A stretch of DNA of 63,522 bases, counting the filler, from Chiloscyllium plagiosum (lineage: Eukaryota), in NCBI RefSeq assembly GCF_004010195.1. It is 3 parts of one record of this genome, joined end to end, with 100 filler letters (N's around TTAATTAATTAA, not from the genome) between each part and the next. Parts side by side here need not be neighbours in the genome. Positions count along the whole stretch, not along the records: positions 24,247 to 49,630 come from NC_057710.1; 2 more parts are not named here. One strand, 5' to 3'. This document shows, in pieces, positions 25,071 to 37,190 of the stretch (the stretch's first letter is position 1; every line of letters begins with the position of its first letter). Under the pieces are notes generated by a model, which saw only the letters and a list, made by a program, of their open reading frames with translations, made no database searches and was not told the origin of the DNA. A program made the translations under genes and the position numbers.

Positions 25071-25079
25071 GCCCACATC

Positions 25080-25670
25080 ACAGGCGATGGGCAATGTGGG
25101 ATCATGCAGGTGATGTTGTTTCTCTGCATCTGCTGACCCTATCCTTCTAGACAGTAGAAATTGGAGATTTTGAAAAAACTGTCGAAGAAGCCTTGGTGGG
25201 TTGCTGCAGTACATCATGCAGATTATATATACTGCTGCCAATGTGGGTGATTTGTGAAGGGAGTAAATGTTGAATGTGATGGGTGGGGTGCCAGTCAAAT
25301 CTGATGCATTTTCCTAGATGGTATCAGGTTTTTGAGTGGTTTTACAGTTTCACCCATTCAAGGAAGGAAAAAGTTTTCCATCATACACCTGATGTATCAT
25401 GTAGATAATGGTGTAAGGTGAGTTACTTCCCACAGAATTCCTGAAAAAGGGTTATACCCAAAATGTAGGACTTCTCCACCTCCTAATGCTGCCTGGCTTG
25501 CTGTGTTCTTCCAGCCTTCTGCTTGTCTACAGAATTTCTAGCCTCTTTCCAGCTCTTGAAGGCACGGTATTTATATGGCTAGTTCAGCTCAGTTTCTGTT
25601 CCGTTCAGTTTCTGGTAAATAATAAACCCTTGGATTTTGACAATAAGAGACTCAGTCAAAGTAATGCCTT
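25080..25670 (-). mobile_element. Zenon/CR1-L2-group LINE 3' fragment, with a small PLE terminus inserted at 25440-25528
   Basis: Homologous to 46720-47455; insert flanked by TSD acagaatt at 25432-25439 and 25529-25536. Confidence 0.7.
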
Positions 25671-25674
25671 AGAA

Positions 25675-27957
25675 TAAAAAATTGAAAGAATTGCAGATGC
25701 TTGAAATCTGAAACAAAAACAGAAATTGCTGGCAATTTCTCATCAGGTTGACAGCATTTGTAGAGCGAGAGGTCAGTGTCAATATTTTAGGGCTTGTGAC
25801 CCTTCTTCAGCACTGAGGGTAGCTCAGAAAAAGACAGTTTTTGTACAAAAAATAGGTTGTGGAGAGGAGGGATGAAATTAAACAATAGGTGGAAATAGAG
25901 CTCAAAGAAACATTGGACAGACAAATGAATGGTTAAACATTTTTCTGAAGCAATGGAGAGCTGTTAATGGGGACAATTAGTGGTTGACAATGGGTTGTAT
26001 GAGGAAGAAGCCCATGTGATGACAAAGCCTTATGTGTGGAGGTGGGGGAAAGCATGCGGGAATATATTAAGTCCTAAAGGCTGTAGAGTTCCCAAGTGGA
26101 AAATGAGGTGCTGTTCTATCAGCTTGAGCTAAGCTTCACTGGAGTACTGCACCAAGCCTGAGACAGAGACGTTGGCCAGGGAACACAGTGATGTGTCACA
26201 GTGGCAGGAAGCTCAGGGGCTTTTTTGCGGACAAAATGTAGGTATTCTGTGAAGTCATCATCCGGTCTATGCTTCCTTTCCCCAATGTGGAGGACAGCAC
26301 ATTGCGAGCAGCAAATACAGTCGACTAGATTGAGTGAAGTGCAGGAAAAACACTGCTTCACCTGGAAGGTATGTTTGGGCCCTTGGATACTGAGGAGGGA
26401 GGAAGCAATCAGACAGGTGTTACACCTTCAGCAATTTCATGGAGAGGTGCCATAGGGCTGTGGAGGGTTGCTGAGAGTGAAGGAGGAGTGGACCAGGATG
26501 TCCCAGAGGGAATGGTCGTTATGGAAAGTTGGCAAGGGATGGGAGGGGAATATGTGTGTACCCTAGAACTCTGTGGGAAGCTCGGGCCTCTTACAGAGAT
26601 ATTTGCATCATTAATAGTCACAGGTGAGATGCCAGAAGACTGGAGGTTGGCAAACGTGGTGCCACTGTTGAAGAAAGGTGGTAAGGACAAGCAAGGGAAC
26701 TATAGACCAGTCAGCTTGATGTTAGTGGTGGGTAAGTCGTTGGAGGGAATCCTGAGGGACAGGATGTACATGTATTTGGAAAGGCAAGGATTGACATGTC
26801 TCACAAACTTGAGTGAGTTTTTTGAAGATGTAACAAAGAGGATTGATGAGGGCAGAGCAGTAATTGAGATCTATATGGACTTCAGTAAGGCATTCGACAA
26901 GGTTCCCTCATGGAATACAGGGAGAATTTGCCATTTGGATACAGAACTGGCTCAAAGGTAGAAGACAGAGAGTGGTGGTGGAGGGTTGTTTTTCAGACTG
27001 GAAGCCTGTGACCAGTAGAGTGTCACAAGGACCTTTCATCATTTATACAAATGATTTGGATGTGAGCATAAAAGGTAAGTTTGCTGATGACACTAAAATT
27101 GGAGGTGTAATGGACAGCGAAGAGTTGGGAGGTCATGTTGCAGCTGTACAGAACATTGGTTAGGCCACTGTTGGAATATTGTGTGCAATTCTGATCTCCT
27201 TCCTATTGGAAAGATGTTGTGAAACTTGAAAGGGGTCAGAAAAGATTTACAAGGTTGTTGCCAAGGTTGGAGGATTTGAGCTTGAGTAGGCTAGGGCTGT
27301 TTTCCCTGGAGCATTGGATGATGATGGGTGACCTTATAGAGGGTTTATACAATTATGAGGGGCCTGGATAGGATAAATAGACAAAGTCTTTTCCCTGGGG
27401 TGGGGGAGTCCAGACGGAATAGGTTTAGGGTGAGAGGGGAAAGATATAAAAGAGACCTAAGGGGCAAAGTTTTTACTCAGAGGGTGGTATGTGTATAGAA
27501 TGAGCTGCCAGAGAAAGCGGAGGAGGCTGGTACAATTGCAACAGTTAAAAGGCATCTGGATGGGTATATGAATAAGAAGGGTTTGGAGGTGGGACTAGAT
27601 TGGGTTGGGATACCTGGTCAGCACAGACGAGTTGGATCAAAGGGTCTGTTTCCGTGCTGTATAACTCTATGATTCTATGACTCTGTATCTGGTGGTGGCA
27701 TCCTTCTGGGTATAGTGGAAATCGCAGCTAACGATTCTCTGGATGTGTATGTTGGTGTAATGGTTGGTGAGGACAAGGGGCACCCTACTGCTGTTGTGCG
27801 GGGGTGGGGGGGGGGCGATGAAACAAAGTGCGGGAGATGGGACAGACCCCTTGAGAGCCCTGTCAACCATGGTGCTAAGGAATCATTGGTTAAGGTAGAA
27901 AGTGGTCATTTCGGAGGCTCTCTTGTCGAAGTTACCATCATCAGAACAGATGCCACG
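25675..27957 (-). mobile_element. PLE family D, split by a CR1 insertion at about 26560-27685
   Basis: CFSCTSLNLVDCICCSQCAVLHIGE (GIY-YIG); terminus with decayed hammerhead near 25785-25810; PLE sequence resumes at 27686. Confidence 0.8.
26560..27685 (+). mobile_element. CR1 RT-3' fragment with internal deletions
   Basis: PEDWRLANVVPL, NYRPVSL, DFSKAFDKV, KFADDTKIGG; ctctatgattctatgactct tail. Confidence 0.92.
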
Positions 27958-29520
27958 GTCAATCATTTCACCACAGTTAGGGAGAGTTCCTGGTTCTCCA
28001 TTGTATTTCATAAGAACATTCAAAATTGGCAGAAGAATAGAATTCAGTTGGGAATTCACAAGTACCTTCATTTTTCTCTCATTACAGAACGGTTTTATTT
28101 TGAAATTTGGCCAAACATATTTTAGGGCTTTTGTGCCTCAGCTAATCCCTGAAAGGTAATAATCCCTCAAGTTAATGCCACCAATGTAAGAGCTAATCTC
28201 GTGAAAAAATACAATGTCAAAGGGCACATTTGTTGCTAATTACTGAAATAGAAATTACCCTTGATAAAAAATACAGAGCCAGAGGTTCATTCCAGAGATT
28301 TAAGGGGCTAAACTGTAAACAGACATGAGGATTGCGATGCTCAATTATCCATATCTCTTGATTGAAATGTGGTGGCATGCCAACTCCATGCTTCCTGCTC
28401 ATTATTATGATTTCTGCTTCCAGCCAGCACTAACTCTAGTGTTTATCGACTATATACATTGGTAGGGGGCCCAAAATTATAGCTTTCCAATGCCACTTCA
28501 AGCGAGCATGCACTTCTTAAAGAATAGGTGCAGCATAGTTGTCAAAGGCATTGAGGGTCACACAAGAGGTTACTCTGTCAAGAATTCAGCTGAAGACTGA
28601 TACCCTTGAAAGAAAATGAGCTCCAAGGTTTTCATACATTGCACTGGAGATCTCGCTGGAGGAAGTGAAAGGAGAAGCTGCTTTCAGGTTGCACCTGAAT
28701 CGAATGGGGGCAGCATCCTTGCAGGGAGCTTTGCCAGTGCTGTTAGGAATGGTTTAAAGTAACTTGGCAAGGGGGTCAGATGCAGACAGAAGGTTCAGCA
28801 GGGGAAATGAACGACCCCAATTAGAAGAGACAGCAAATGAGTCAAGCAGACATAAAAATTATAGGCCAGTTAAGGCACGAGGGAGTTTGGCAAGGCTGGA
28901 TGGTATTTATGTTAATGAAAGGAGTCTGACCAAGAGTTCAAAACAGTAGAAGTAAAGGAAGGAAATAGGGATGTTGGCAATCTTTTTAATTCCTCCCTGG
29001 CCACAGGAGAGGTGCCAGAGGACAGACAATGTGATATCATTTCTCAAGCAGAGACCAAGGGATCAGGATGACGACAGGCCTGTCAGTCTAATCTCAGAGG
29101 TAGGGAAACTACTGGAAACAATTCTAAGGGACAGAATTGATCTGCACTTGGAGAGGTAGAATTAATGATGAATAATCAGCATGTTTTCATTAAGGGAAGT
29201 TATATCTAACCAACTTGATGGAATTTTTCAAAGAGGTAACCAGGTGTGTAGACAACAGCAATGTATTTGATGTAATCTTACTTGGACTTAAGCAAGGCTT
29301 TTGATAAGGTCTAGCATAGGATACCAATAGCGAAGGGAAGAGCCCATGGACTCAAAGGAAATTTGGCAAATTGGATCCACAATTGATTCAATTGGGATCA
29401 GCAGGAATCAGTGTTAGGGCCCTTTCTGTTTATGATTTTTATAAATAATTTAGACTTAAATGTAGGAGGTTCAAAGACGATACAAAAATTGGTGGAGTGG
29501 TAAATAATGAGGAGGATAGT

Positions 29521-30712
29521 GGGAGAGAGGGTGATGGTGATAGGTTGGAGCGGAGGGTGGAGCAGATAGGTAGGAAGGAAAGTGAACAGGTGGGACAGTT
29601 CAAGAAGGCTGTGATGAGTTGGAGAGTTAGATCTGGGATGAGGTGGGGGAGGGGAATGTGGAAACTGGTGCCATCGATGTTGATGCCATGTGGTTGGAGG
29701 GTCCCAGGGCAGAATATGAGGTGTTCTTCATTCAGGTGTTGGGTGACTAGGATATGGTGGTGGAGCAGGCCCAGGACTTGTATGCCCTTGGTGGAATGGG
29801 AGGGGGAGTTGAAGTGGTTGGCCTTAGGGTGGTGGGGTTGATTGGTGTGTGTGTCTCGGAGATGTTCTCTGAAGTGTTCCGCAAGTTGGCGTCCTGTCGC
29901 CCCAACGTAGAGGAGACCACATCCAGAGCAACGGACACAGGAGATGAAGTGTTTGGATGTGCAAAAAAACTTATGTCAATTGTGGAAGGATCCTCTGGGG
30001 CCTTGGATGGAGGTGAGGAGGGAGGTGTGGGCACAGGTTTTACACCTCTTGTGGGGCAAGGGAAGGTGCTGGGAATGGAAGATGTGTTGCTGGGGGGCAT
30101 GGACCTAACAAGGGAATTGCAGAGGGAATGGTCTCTGTGGAATGCTGATATGGGAAAGGGGGAGAAACATATCTCTGGTGATAGGGTCTGATTGTAGGTG
30201 GCGGAAATGGCAGAGGATGATGCGCCAACTTGCGGAATGTTTCGGAGAACATCTCTGGGACACACACCGAACAACCCCACTGCCCTGTGGCCTTGTCCCC
30301 TCCCCCCATGCCACCAAGGACATGCAAGTCTTGGGCATCCTTCACCCCAAATCCTAGCCACCCGACACCTGGAGGAAGAATGCCTCACCTTCTGCCTTGG
30401 GACTCTCCAACCATACAGCATCAACATCAATTTCACCATTTTCCTCATCTCCCCTCCCTCCACCTCATCCCAGATCCAACCCTCCAACTCGGCACCGCCC
30501 TCTTGAACTGTCCTATGTGTCCATCTTCCTTCCCACCTATCTGCTCCACCTTTCATTCCAACCTATGACCATCACCCCCCACTTGCATCAACTATCACCT
30601 TCCCAGCTACCTTCCCCCAAACCCCACCCTTCTCGGAAGCTGCCTAACCTGTTGGGCTTTTCCAGCGCCACACCTTTCGATCATCTCCAGCATCTGCAGT
30701 CCTCACTCTCTC
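29521..30712. mobile_element. PLE family A with long inverted arms (minus 29521-30222, plus 30223-30712)
   Basis: 29529-29891 is the reverse complement of about 30223-30585; GIY-YIG sequence; terminal ccagcatctgcagtcctcactctctcc. Confidence 0.85.
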
Positions 30713-30859
30713 CTAATCAGTGGCAAATGGCATTCAATCTAGATAAGTATGAGGTGATACACTTGGGCAGGAGAAACAATACAAGGGAATGCATAATGTA
30801 CATTAGGACCCTGGGGAGCAGTGAGGATCAGTGTGCGTATATACTGTTTGTTTAAAGTA

Positions 30860-31997
30860 CCTGCAAACCCACAGACTCCCATAACTACCTGGACTACACC
30901 TCCTCCCACCCAGTATCCTGCAAGAACTCCATCCCATTCTCCCAATTCTTCTGTCTCCACCATAAGTGCTTGAACAAGGAGATGTTCCACACACGAGCAT
31001 CCCAGATGTCCACCTATTTTGAACAACATGCTTTTCCTCCCTGTGTCATCCAGACAGCCCTCCGCCACACCATCACCATTCTCTGCTCCACTGATCTAAA
31101 CCACCCCTCTAAATGCAATAAAGGCAGAGTCTCCCTTGTCCTCACCTACCACCACACCAGTTTCTGTTTCCAACACTTCATCCACCAACTCCAGCTAAAC
31201 CCCACCACCAAGAACATCTTCTCCTCCCCATTCCTCTCTGCCTTCCACAAGGACAGTTCCCTTTGACAGTCCTTGGTTTGCGACACTGTTCCCACTGAGC
31301 TCCACCCACTCCGAGCGCCGAGGTACCTTCTGGAAAAGATGCAAACGTGCTGGTGCGACACATCCCTCACCTCCATCCAGGGCCCCAAACAGTTCTTCCA
31401 GGTGAGACAGAGATTCACCTGCCTCTCTTCCAACCTAGTTTACTGCATCAGGTGCTCCCGATGTGGTCTTCTCTACATCGGGGAGACCGAATATAAACTT
31501 AGGGAATGGTTCACCGAGCATTGCAACTGGCCCCGCTGGAGCTGACCAGGCCTCCCAGTCACCACCCATTTCAATTCCCCCAACCACTCCCTTTCTGACA
31601 TGACCATCCTTAGCCACACTGAACCAAACCACAAATTGGAGGAACAACAACTCATCTTCCGCCTGGGCAGCCTACAGCCCGGAGAACTCAACATTAAGTT
31701 CTCCAATTTCAAGTAACTTCCCTCCCCATCCCCCAATTCCATTCCCAGCCCCTTCCCCACCCTTCCATTCCTCCCAGCCACCAACCCAATTCATTCTTCC
31801 CATTGACCAAGCAGGTCGTACCCTCTACCTGTCTTCACCTACCCCCACCTCACCACCCAGCTCCTGCCATCCCCTTTATCTGCAGCTCCCCCCATACCCA
31901 CACCCAGATCTGAAGAAGGGTTACACCCAAAATGTCAACCTCTCCACCTCCTGATGCTGCCTGGCTTGCTGTGTTCTTCCAGCCTCCTACCTGTCGC
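30860..31997 (+). mobile_element. PLE (RT C-terminus + GIY-YIG + terminus)
   Basis: KPTDSHNYLDYTSSHP; FTCLSSNLVYCIRCSRCGLLYIGET; decayed hammerhead at 31910-31936; TSD ttaaagta at 30852-30859 and 31998-32005. Confidence 0.88.
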
Positions 31998-32009
31998 TTA
32001 AAGTAGTGG

Positions 32010-32636
32010 TGAAAATGTGTTCCTGGAAAAGTGCAGCAGGTCAGGCAGCATCCAAGGAACAGGAGAGTTGGGACTGAGATAAGGTGGGGGGAGGGGAAAT
32101 GAGAAAGTTGGAGAAATATGCATTCATCCCTTGTGGTTGGAGGATTCCTAGGCGGAAGATGAGGCGCTCTTCGTCCAGGCGCCATGCTACCATGGTCTGG
32201 CGATGGAGGAGGTCAAGGACCTGCATGTCCTTGGCGGAGTGAGAGGGGGAGTTAAAGTGTTCAGCCACGGGGCGGTTGGGTTGGTTGGTGCGGGTGTCCC
32301 AAAGGTGTTCTCTGAAACGTTCCCAAGTAGGCGGCCTGTCTCCCCAATGTAGAGGAGGCCACATCAGGTGCAGCGGATGCAGTAAATGATGTGTGTGGAG
32401 GTGCAGGTAAATTTATGATGGATATGGAAGCCTTGGGGCCTTGGAGGGAAGTGAGGGGGGAGGTGTGGGTGCAAGTTTTTCATTTCTTGCAGTTTCAGGG
32501 GAAGGTGCCGGGAGTGGAGGTTGGGTTGGTGGGGGGTGTGGACCTGACGAGGGAGTCACGGAGGGAGTGATCTTTTCGGTCTTTCCAGCAACACATTTTC
32601 AGCTCTGATCTCCACCATCTGCAGCCCTCACTTTCT
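32010..32636 (-). mobile_element. PLE family A fragment with inverted terminal piece
   Basis: ERFREHLWDT..VAEHFNSPSH..RRLxEERLIFRLG-like ORF 32041-32364; TSD gcttaaagta(g/a)tgg at 31996-32009 and 32637-32650. Confidence 0.88.
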
Positions 32637-33874
32637 GCTTAAAGTAATGGGACAGGTGAATAAAGTGGTCAAGAAGGCATATTAGATACTTACCTCTGTT
32701 TGCCGAGGTGTAGAGTTTAGGAACAGAGAGCTGATGTTGGAACAGTATGAAGCATTGGATAGGTGACAGCTAGAGTATTGTGTGTCGTTCTGGAATCCCC
32801 ATTATAGGAGAGACGTAATTGCACTGGAGAGGATGCAGACATGATTTCCCAGGATGTTCCTTGGGCTGGAGAGTTTTAGTTGTGAAGAAAGATTGGACAG
32901 ACTGGGGATGTTTTCCCTGGAGCAGAGGAGACTGAGGGTCAACATGATTGAGATGTATTAATTATAAGGGGCATAGACAGGATGGACAGGAAAGAACTTT
33001 TCTCCTTGGGAAAAGGTGTAGGGATTAATAAGCAAGGCACAGATTAAAGTCAAGAGGATTAGCGGGCATGTGAAGAAATATCTGTTTCAATCAGAGGGCG
33101 ATGAGAATTTGGAACTCAATGCCTGTAAGGGTGGTGGAGGCAGAAATCTTTATAATGTTTTAATAAGTACTTAAATGTACACTTACAAAGTAAAGGCATA
33201 TAAGGCTGAGGGTCAAGTGCAGAAAATGGGACTAGAATAGTTAGATGAATGTTTTTGATCCGACCATGGGCTGAAGGGACTTTCTCTATGACTGTATGAC
33301 TGTAGTTTCCCATCCGAACGGTAATCCAAACATTGGCCTCACCTCTTGTTCTGGAATTCGGATGTGGCCAAGACAGGACAATAAGTACAATAATCCCAGA
33401 AGTAGCTAAATATGAATGGCCTCCATCCAATGAAGGTGGGCAGGAAAGTAAGAAGTCTGAGCCAAGGTCCTCCAGCAATGTCAAGCCAGCTTGTGTGCTA
33501 CTGAAGCAGTGACTGTGCATCAACATACTAGATTGTAGACCCAAAGTAGGTAGGACTATCAGTCTGAAGGTTACAAAATTTGGTAGCAGCAGTCTTCTGG
33601 CTTAGTAATGCCTTTACTGGGACTTGAGCTTCAGCCTTCAATGACTCTCTGACTTGCCCCCAGGAGCTGGCAGCTGGTGGGATGGGTAGGAGTGAAAGGG
33701 ATCACTCATTGGCAAGAAGATCTGACCTCTGTCAGATTATTAACTGCCTCCTTAGGGAAAGTGGGTTGTGCACTTGCTTTCCCTCCTGGAAGATCCCTTA
33801 AACGCAGGAATGCATTGAGGAGCATGACATCGCCCTTCCTTTTTTCCAACCTTCCAACCTCGAATCCTGTCTCC

Positions 33875-34060
33875 AAGAGGCTCAGAAGGTTCAGCTTGAG
33901 CAGAGCTGTTCTGCATGTGCAGGTGAGTCAGTGTCACTCCAGACACACAAAGGTCAAAGGGCTGTAGAAGCAGATTTCCATCGAGGTTAATGTCTCAGCC
34001 CCGAGGACATGGATATAGTGACACAAGAATTTCATGACCTCATATAGGTGACTAAGGTCA
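33875..34060 (+). mobile_element. Relic Myb/SANT-like ORF of a PIF/Harbinger transposon
   Basis: KRLRRFS..; *KQISIEVNVSAPRTWI**HK..HDL matches the WxxIAxxVNxxxxxRTxxQCxKKxNDL pattern. Confidence 0.55.
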
Positions 34061-34109
34061 ATGATGTGTCTTTAAATGTCACATAACACCAAGCGAAGCA
34101 CCCCTTCCC

Positions 34110-34380
34110 CAGCTGACATCTTCATCAAGGTGGTGAGCTGTCTTTTTGAATCACTCCACTCTTTGGGGCGTATGTATAACTTTAGTGCTATCAAGATGGG
34201 ATATCCAAGATGTTCTCAACAACAGTGAAGGAATAGCGATATATTTCTAAGTCTACATGGTGCATGGATTGGAGGGGAATTTACAGGTTGTGGTGTTCCC
34301 ATGTATCTACTGCCTTGTCTTTCTACCTGCTCAAGGGTTTGGAAGGCACTGTCGAAGGGGCTTTGGTGAGTTGCTGCAGA
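34110..34380 (-). mobile_element. Zenon/CR1-L2-group LINE 3' fragment
   Basis: Homologous to 46750-47020 (aaggtggtgagctg..gtgaaggaa..atatttc..gaggggaa..gttcccatgtatct). Confidence 0.7.
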
Positions 34381-34727
34381 TGGGTTAAAGGGTAATGGAG
34401 AAGGAATTTCTTTTCACATAGCAGATGGCAGTAAATAAGTGTAGCAGTGGCAGAAACTCTCATCACTTAAAAAGTACACTTAAACCTGCATGAGTTGATT
34501 GATCAAACCAACCCACATTCCTTCATTCATCAGGTACTAGACAAATTCATGTTGGAAAATTCTTTAACCTTTATCGAAGGAAGCTTCCCAACTATTTAAA
34601 TTTTTACACACTAGTTCTGTGAAAGGTATATGCTATCCTGCAGATCAAGGTGCTTCAGTAATGCTTCCAGCTCAGCTGTTTCTGCCATTTTCAAACTTCT
34701 CAATGTTTTCAGCAACTATAAATAAGA

Positions 34728-35329
34728 CTCCCAAACACACCCTCTCACAGACTTAAACTCCTTTATGCTCACACTCACACATATACACACACCCTCCCAC
34801 AGACACTCATAACCCCCCTCCCCCCACCTCACCCCACACACACAAACACACACTCCCATGCACACATAGACATCTAAGTTCGTGGGGTGAATTTGTACTT
34901 GCAGAATTACATTTTATTTTGCTCAAAAACTGCATGAATCCATGTAAGATACTGAAAATCCATTTTTTTTAGATTAGGATCAGTCTGACCATTGTAGCAC
35001 AGACAGCCTCACAGAGAGTTAACATTCGCGGGAATGCAACTTTATAAAAAAAGGGTTTTGTGATTTACACATGAAAGAAGTGAAACTTTCACTGTATTCT
35101 AACAGATGAAAGGGTTAACAGACAATCAATTTTTCAATGTATAAGTTCAGTTACATCACACTGTAAATTTTTGCTATAAATTCTGTGTTACGATCGAGCC
35201 CTCCACAATCATCTGATGAAGGAGCGTCGCTCCGAAATCTAGTGTGCTTCCAATTAAACCTGTTGGACTATAACCTGGTGTTGTGTGATTTTTAACTTTG
35301 TACACCCCAGTCCAACACCGGCATCTCAG
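34728..35329 (+). mobile_element. PLE family B 3' UTR/terminus with CA-rich segment
   Basis: Hammerhead motif at 35213-35241; terminus ccccagtccaacaccggcatctc; TSD aataaga at 34721-34727 and 35330-35336. Confidence 0.75.
35213..35241 (+). ncRNA. Minimal hammerhead ribozyme motif (PLE family B)
   Basis: CTGATGA-A-GGAGC-gtc-GCTCC-GAAA-tCTA; sister copy near 22845 shows GAAAGCT (palindromic stem III). Confidence 0.65.
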
Positions 35330-35451
35330 AATAAGATGGTATCCTCAAACTCTTTGTGTCCATGTTATTCCTTCAGATAATGCAAATACAATAACTGTGG
35401 CAAAAATGTTTCCTGAATAATTGCCTTTGATACACACAATGATGCTTCAGA

Positions 35452-35536
35452 GCTGAAAATGTATTGCTGGAAAAGTGCAGCAGGTCAGGCAGCATCCAAG
35501 GAGCAGGAGAATCGACGTTTCGGGCATGAGCCCTTC
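35452..35536 (-). mobile_element. 85-bp PLE family A terminus insertion with TSD
   Basis: TSD tgcttcaga at 35443-35451 and 35537-35545; partial hammerhead gaagggctcatgcccgaaacgtc on minus. Confidence 0.82.
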
Positions 35537-35749
35537 TGCTTCAGATAGTAGTTGTGGGCAAACTCTTTCTGTTCATGTAATGATCATTGTTAGACTGTTA
35601 CCAATTGTTATGCAAATAAATAAATGAAAATGACCCCGTTTGGCATTATTCCATGGTCCTACTTAACCATGACATAGGAAAAGGCAAGTTTACTCCATAG
35701 ATGAATAACACTTATAAAAGGCAGTTAGATTGTAGTTGCCAAATATCTG

Positions 35750-37190
35750 AGTTCCTTGTGGGCTAGTTTGCTACGGGTGTTGGGGACAACTAACCCTGCA
35801 GAGCAAACCAATATTAGAGAGTAATATCGTGCTATACTAAAGACTGGGAGAGAAGCAGTAGGATAGAGAATAGTAAGAGAATAGTAAGTTAATGGAATCA
35901 GAGTAAAGAAGAAATTATAACATTCAAATTCAGGGTTACACTGCATGTATGAGAGTGTATGGAGTACAATAAATAAGATTGGGAAGCCACTGGCATAGAT
36001 TGCCATGTGGTATTACGATGTTGTAGCAATAACGGAGACCTGTTCAAGGATTGGGTGTTAAATAGTCCTGGATACAGGCTGTTCAGGAGCAATAGGAAAG
36101 GAAAAGGAGCAGTAATGTTTGATAAGAAGGTTATTGCAATATAGGATAAAGAGGATGTTTCAGAGGGTTCAAGCATTGAATTGATTTGGATTAGATTACT
36201 TACAGTGTGGAAACAGGCCCTTCGGCCCAACAAGTCCACACCGACCCGCCGAAGCGCAACCCACCCATACCCCTACATTTACCCCTTACCTAACACTAGG
36301 GGCAATTTAGCATGGCCAATTCACCTGACCTGCACACCTTTGGATTGTGGGAGGAAACCAGAGCACCCAGAGGAAACCCACGCAGACACGGGGAGAACGT
36401 GCAAACTCCACACAGTCAGTCGCCTGAGGCGGGAATTGAACCCAGATCTCTGGCGCTGTGAGGCAGCAGTGCTAACCACTGTGCCACCGTGCCGCCCATC
36501 ATGGCTTGAGGAAAGATAAAAAGAAAGATACATGTATATTATTTGGTAATCTGCACCCCATCACTTACTGGGAAGAATGTAGAGGAACAAATTTGCAAAG
36601 AAATTACAGAAAAACATGATCAAATAGTTATAACTGGGGACTTTATAATTAGTCAAACATAAACTGTGACAATGTTAGGGGCAGAGAGGGGCACGTGTTC
36701 CTATATTGTTCTCAGGAGAATTTTCTACAGGAACACGTGTCAAGTCCAACAAGAAAGGAGGCACTGCTGAAACTGATTCTTGGAGAGAAAATGGTCCGAG
36801 TATCAGTGGAAGAATGAAGACAGTGATCATTTAGGATGTTTGTGGATAAAACAATTAAGACTAAAAATATTTAGTTTGGGTGGTCAATCGGGCAAGAACA
36901 GAACAAATGAACAGAAATGAAAAATTCATTGGAAAACTTGCAGCTGGACAATGGGCTATCTTCGAAAATGAGATTGTTCAGACACAATCAAGGTATATTC
37001 CCTCAAAGTTGAAAGGTAGGGTGAACAAATCCAGAACTGCCATGATGATAGAGGTGATAAAAATTAAAGTAAGTAAAGTAAAAGTGTACTTATGACAGGT
37101 AGAAAATACATTTCTGGACTAAGTTGATTAGAAAATATTCAGAAGGGAGATCAAAGTATATATAACAGAAACAAAGAGGGTATATTAAAA
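35750..37190 (+). mobile_element. Old CR1 ORF1-end/ORF2 EN fragment interrupted by HE1
   Basis: DVVAITET, PGYRLFRSNR, ITGDF, SPTRKEALLKLIL-like decayed EN motifs. Confidence 0.7.
36189..36497 (-). mobile_element. HE1-type V-SINE, full length, young
   Basis: Intact head gggcggcacggtggcacagtggttagc; B box gggttcaattcc; tail taatctaatc. Confidence 0.93.

Larger units (their letters stand above)
28600..33305 (+). mobile_element. Degenerate CR1 (ORF1 end, RT, 3' tail) hosting three PLE insertions
   Basis: RPVSLISEVGKLLETILRDRI; WQMAFNLDKYEVIHLG at 30720; resumes at 32640; tctatgactgtatgactgt tail. Confidence 0.8.
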
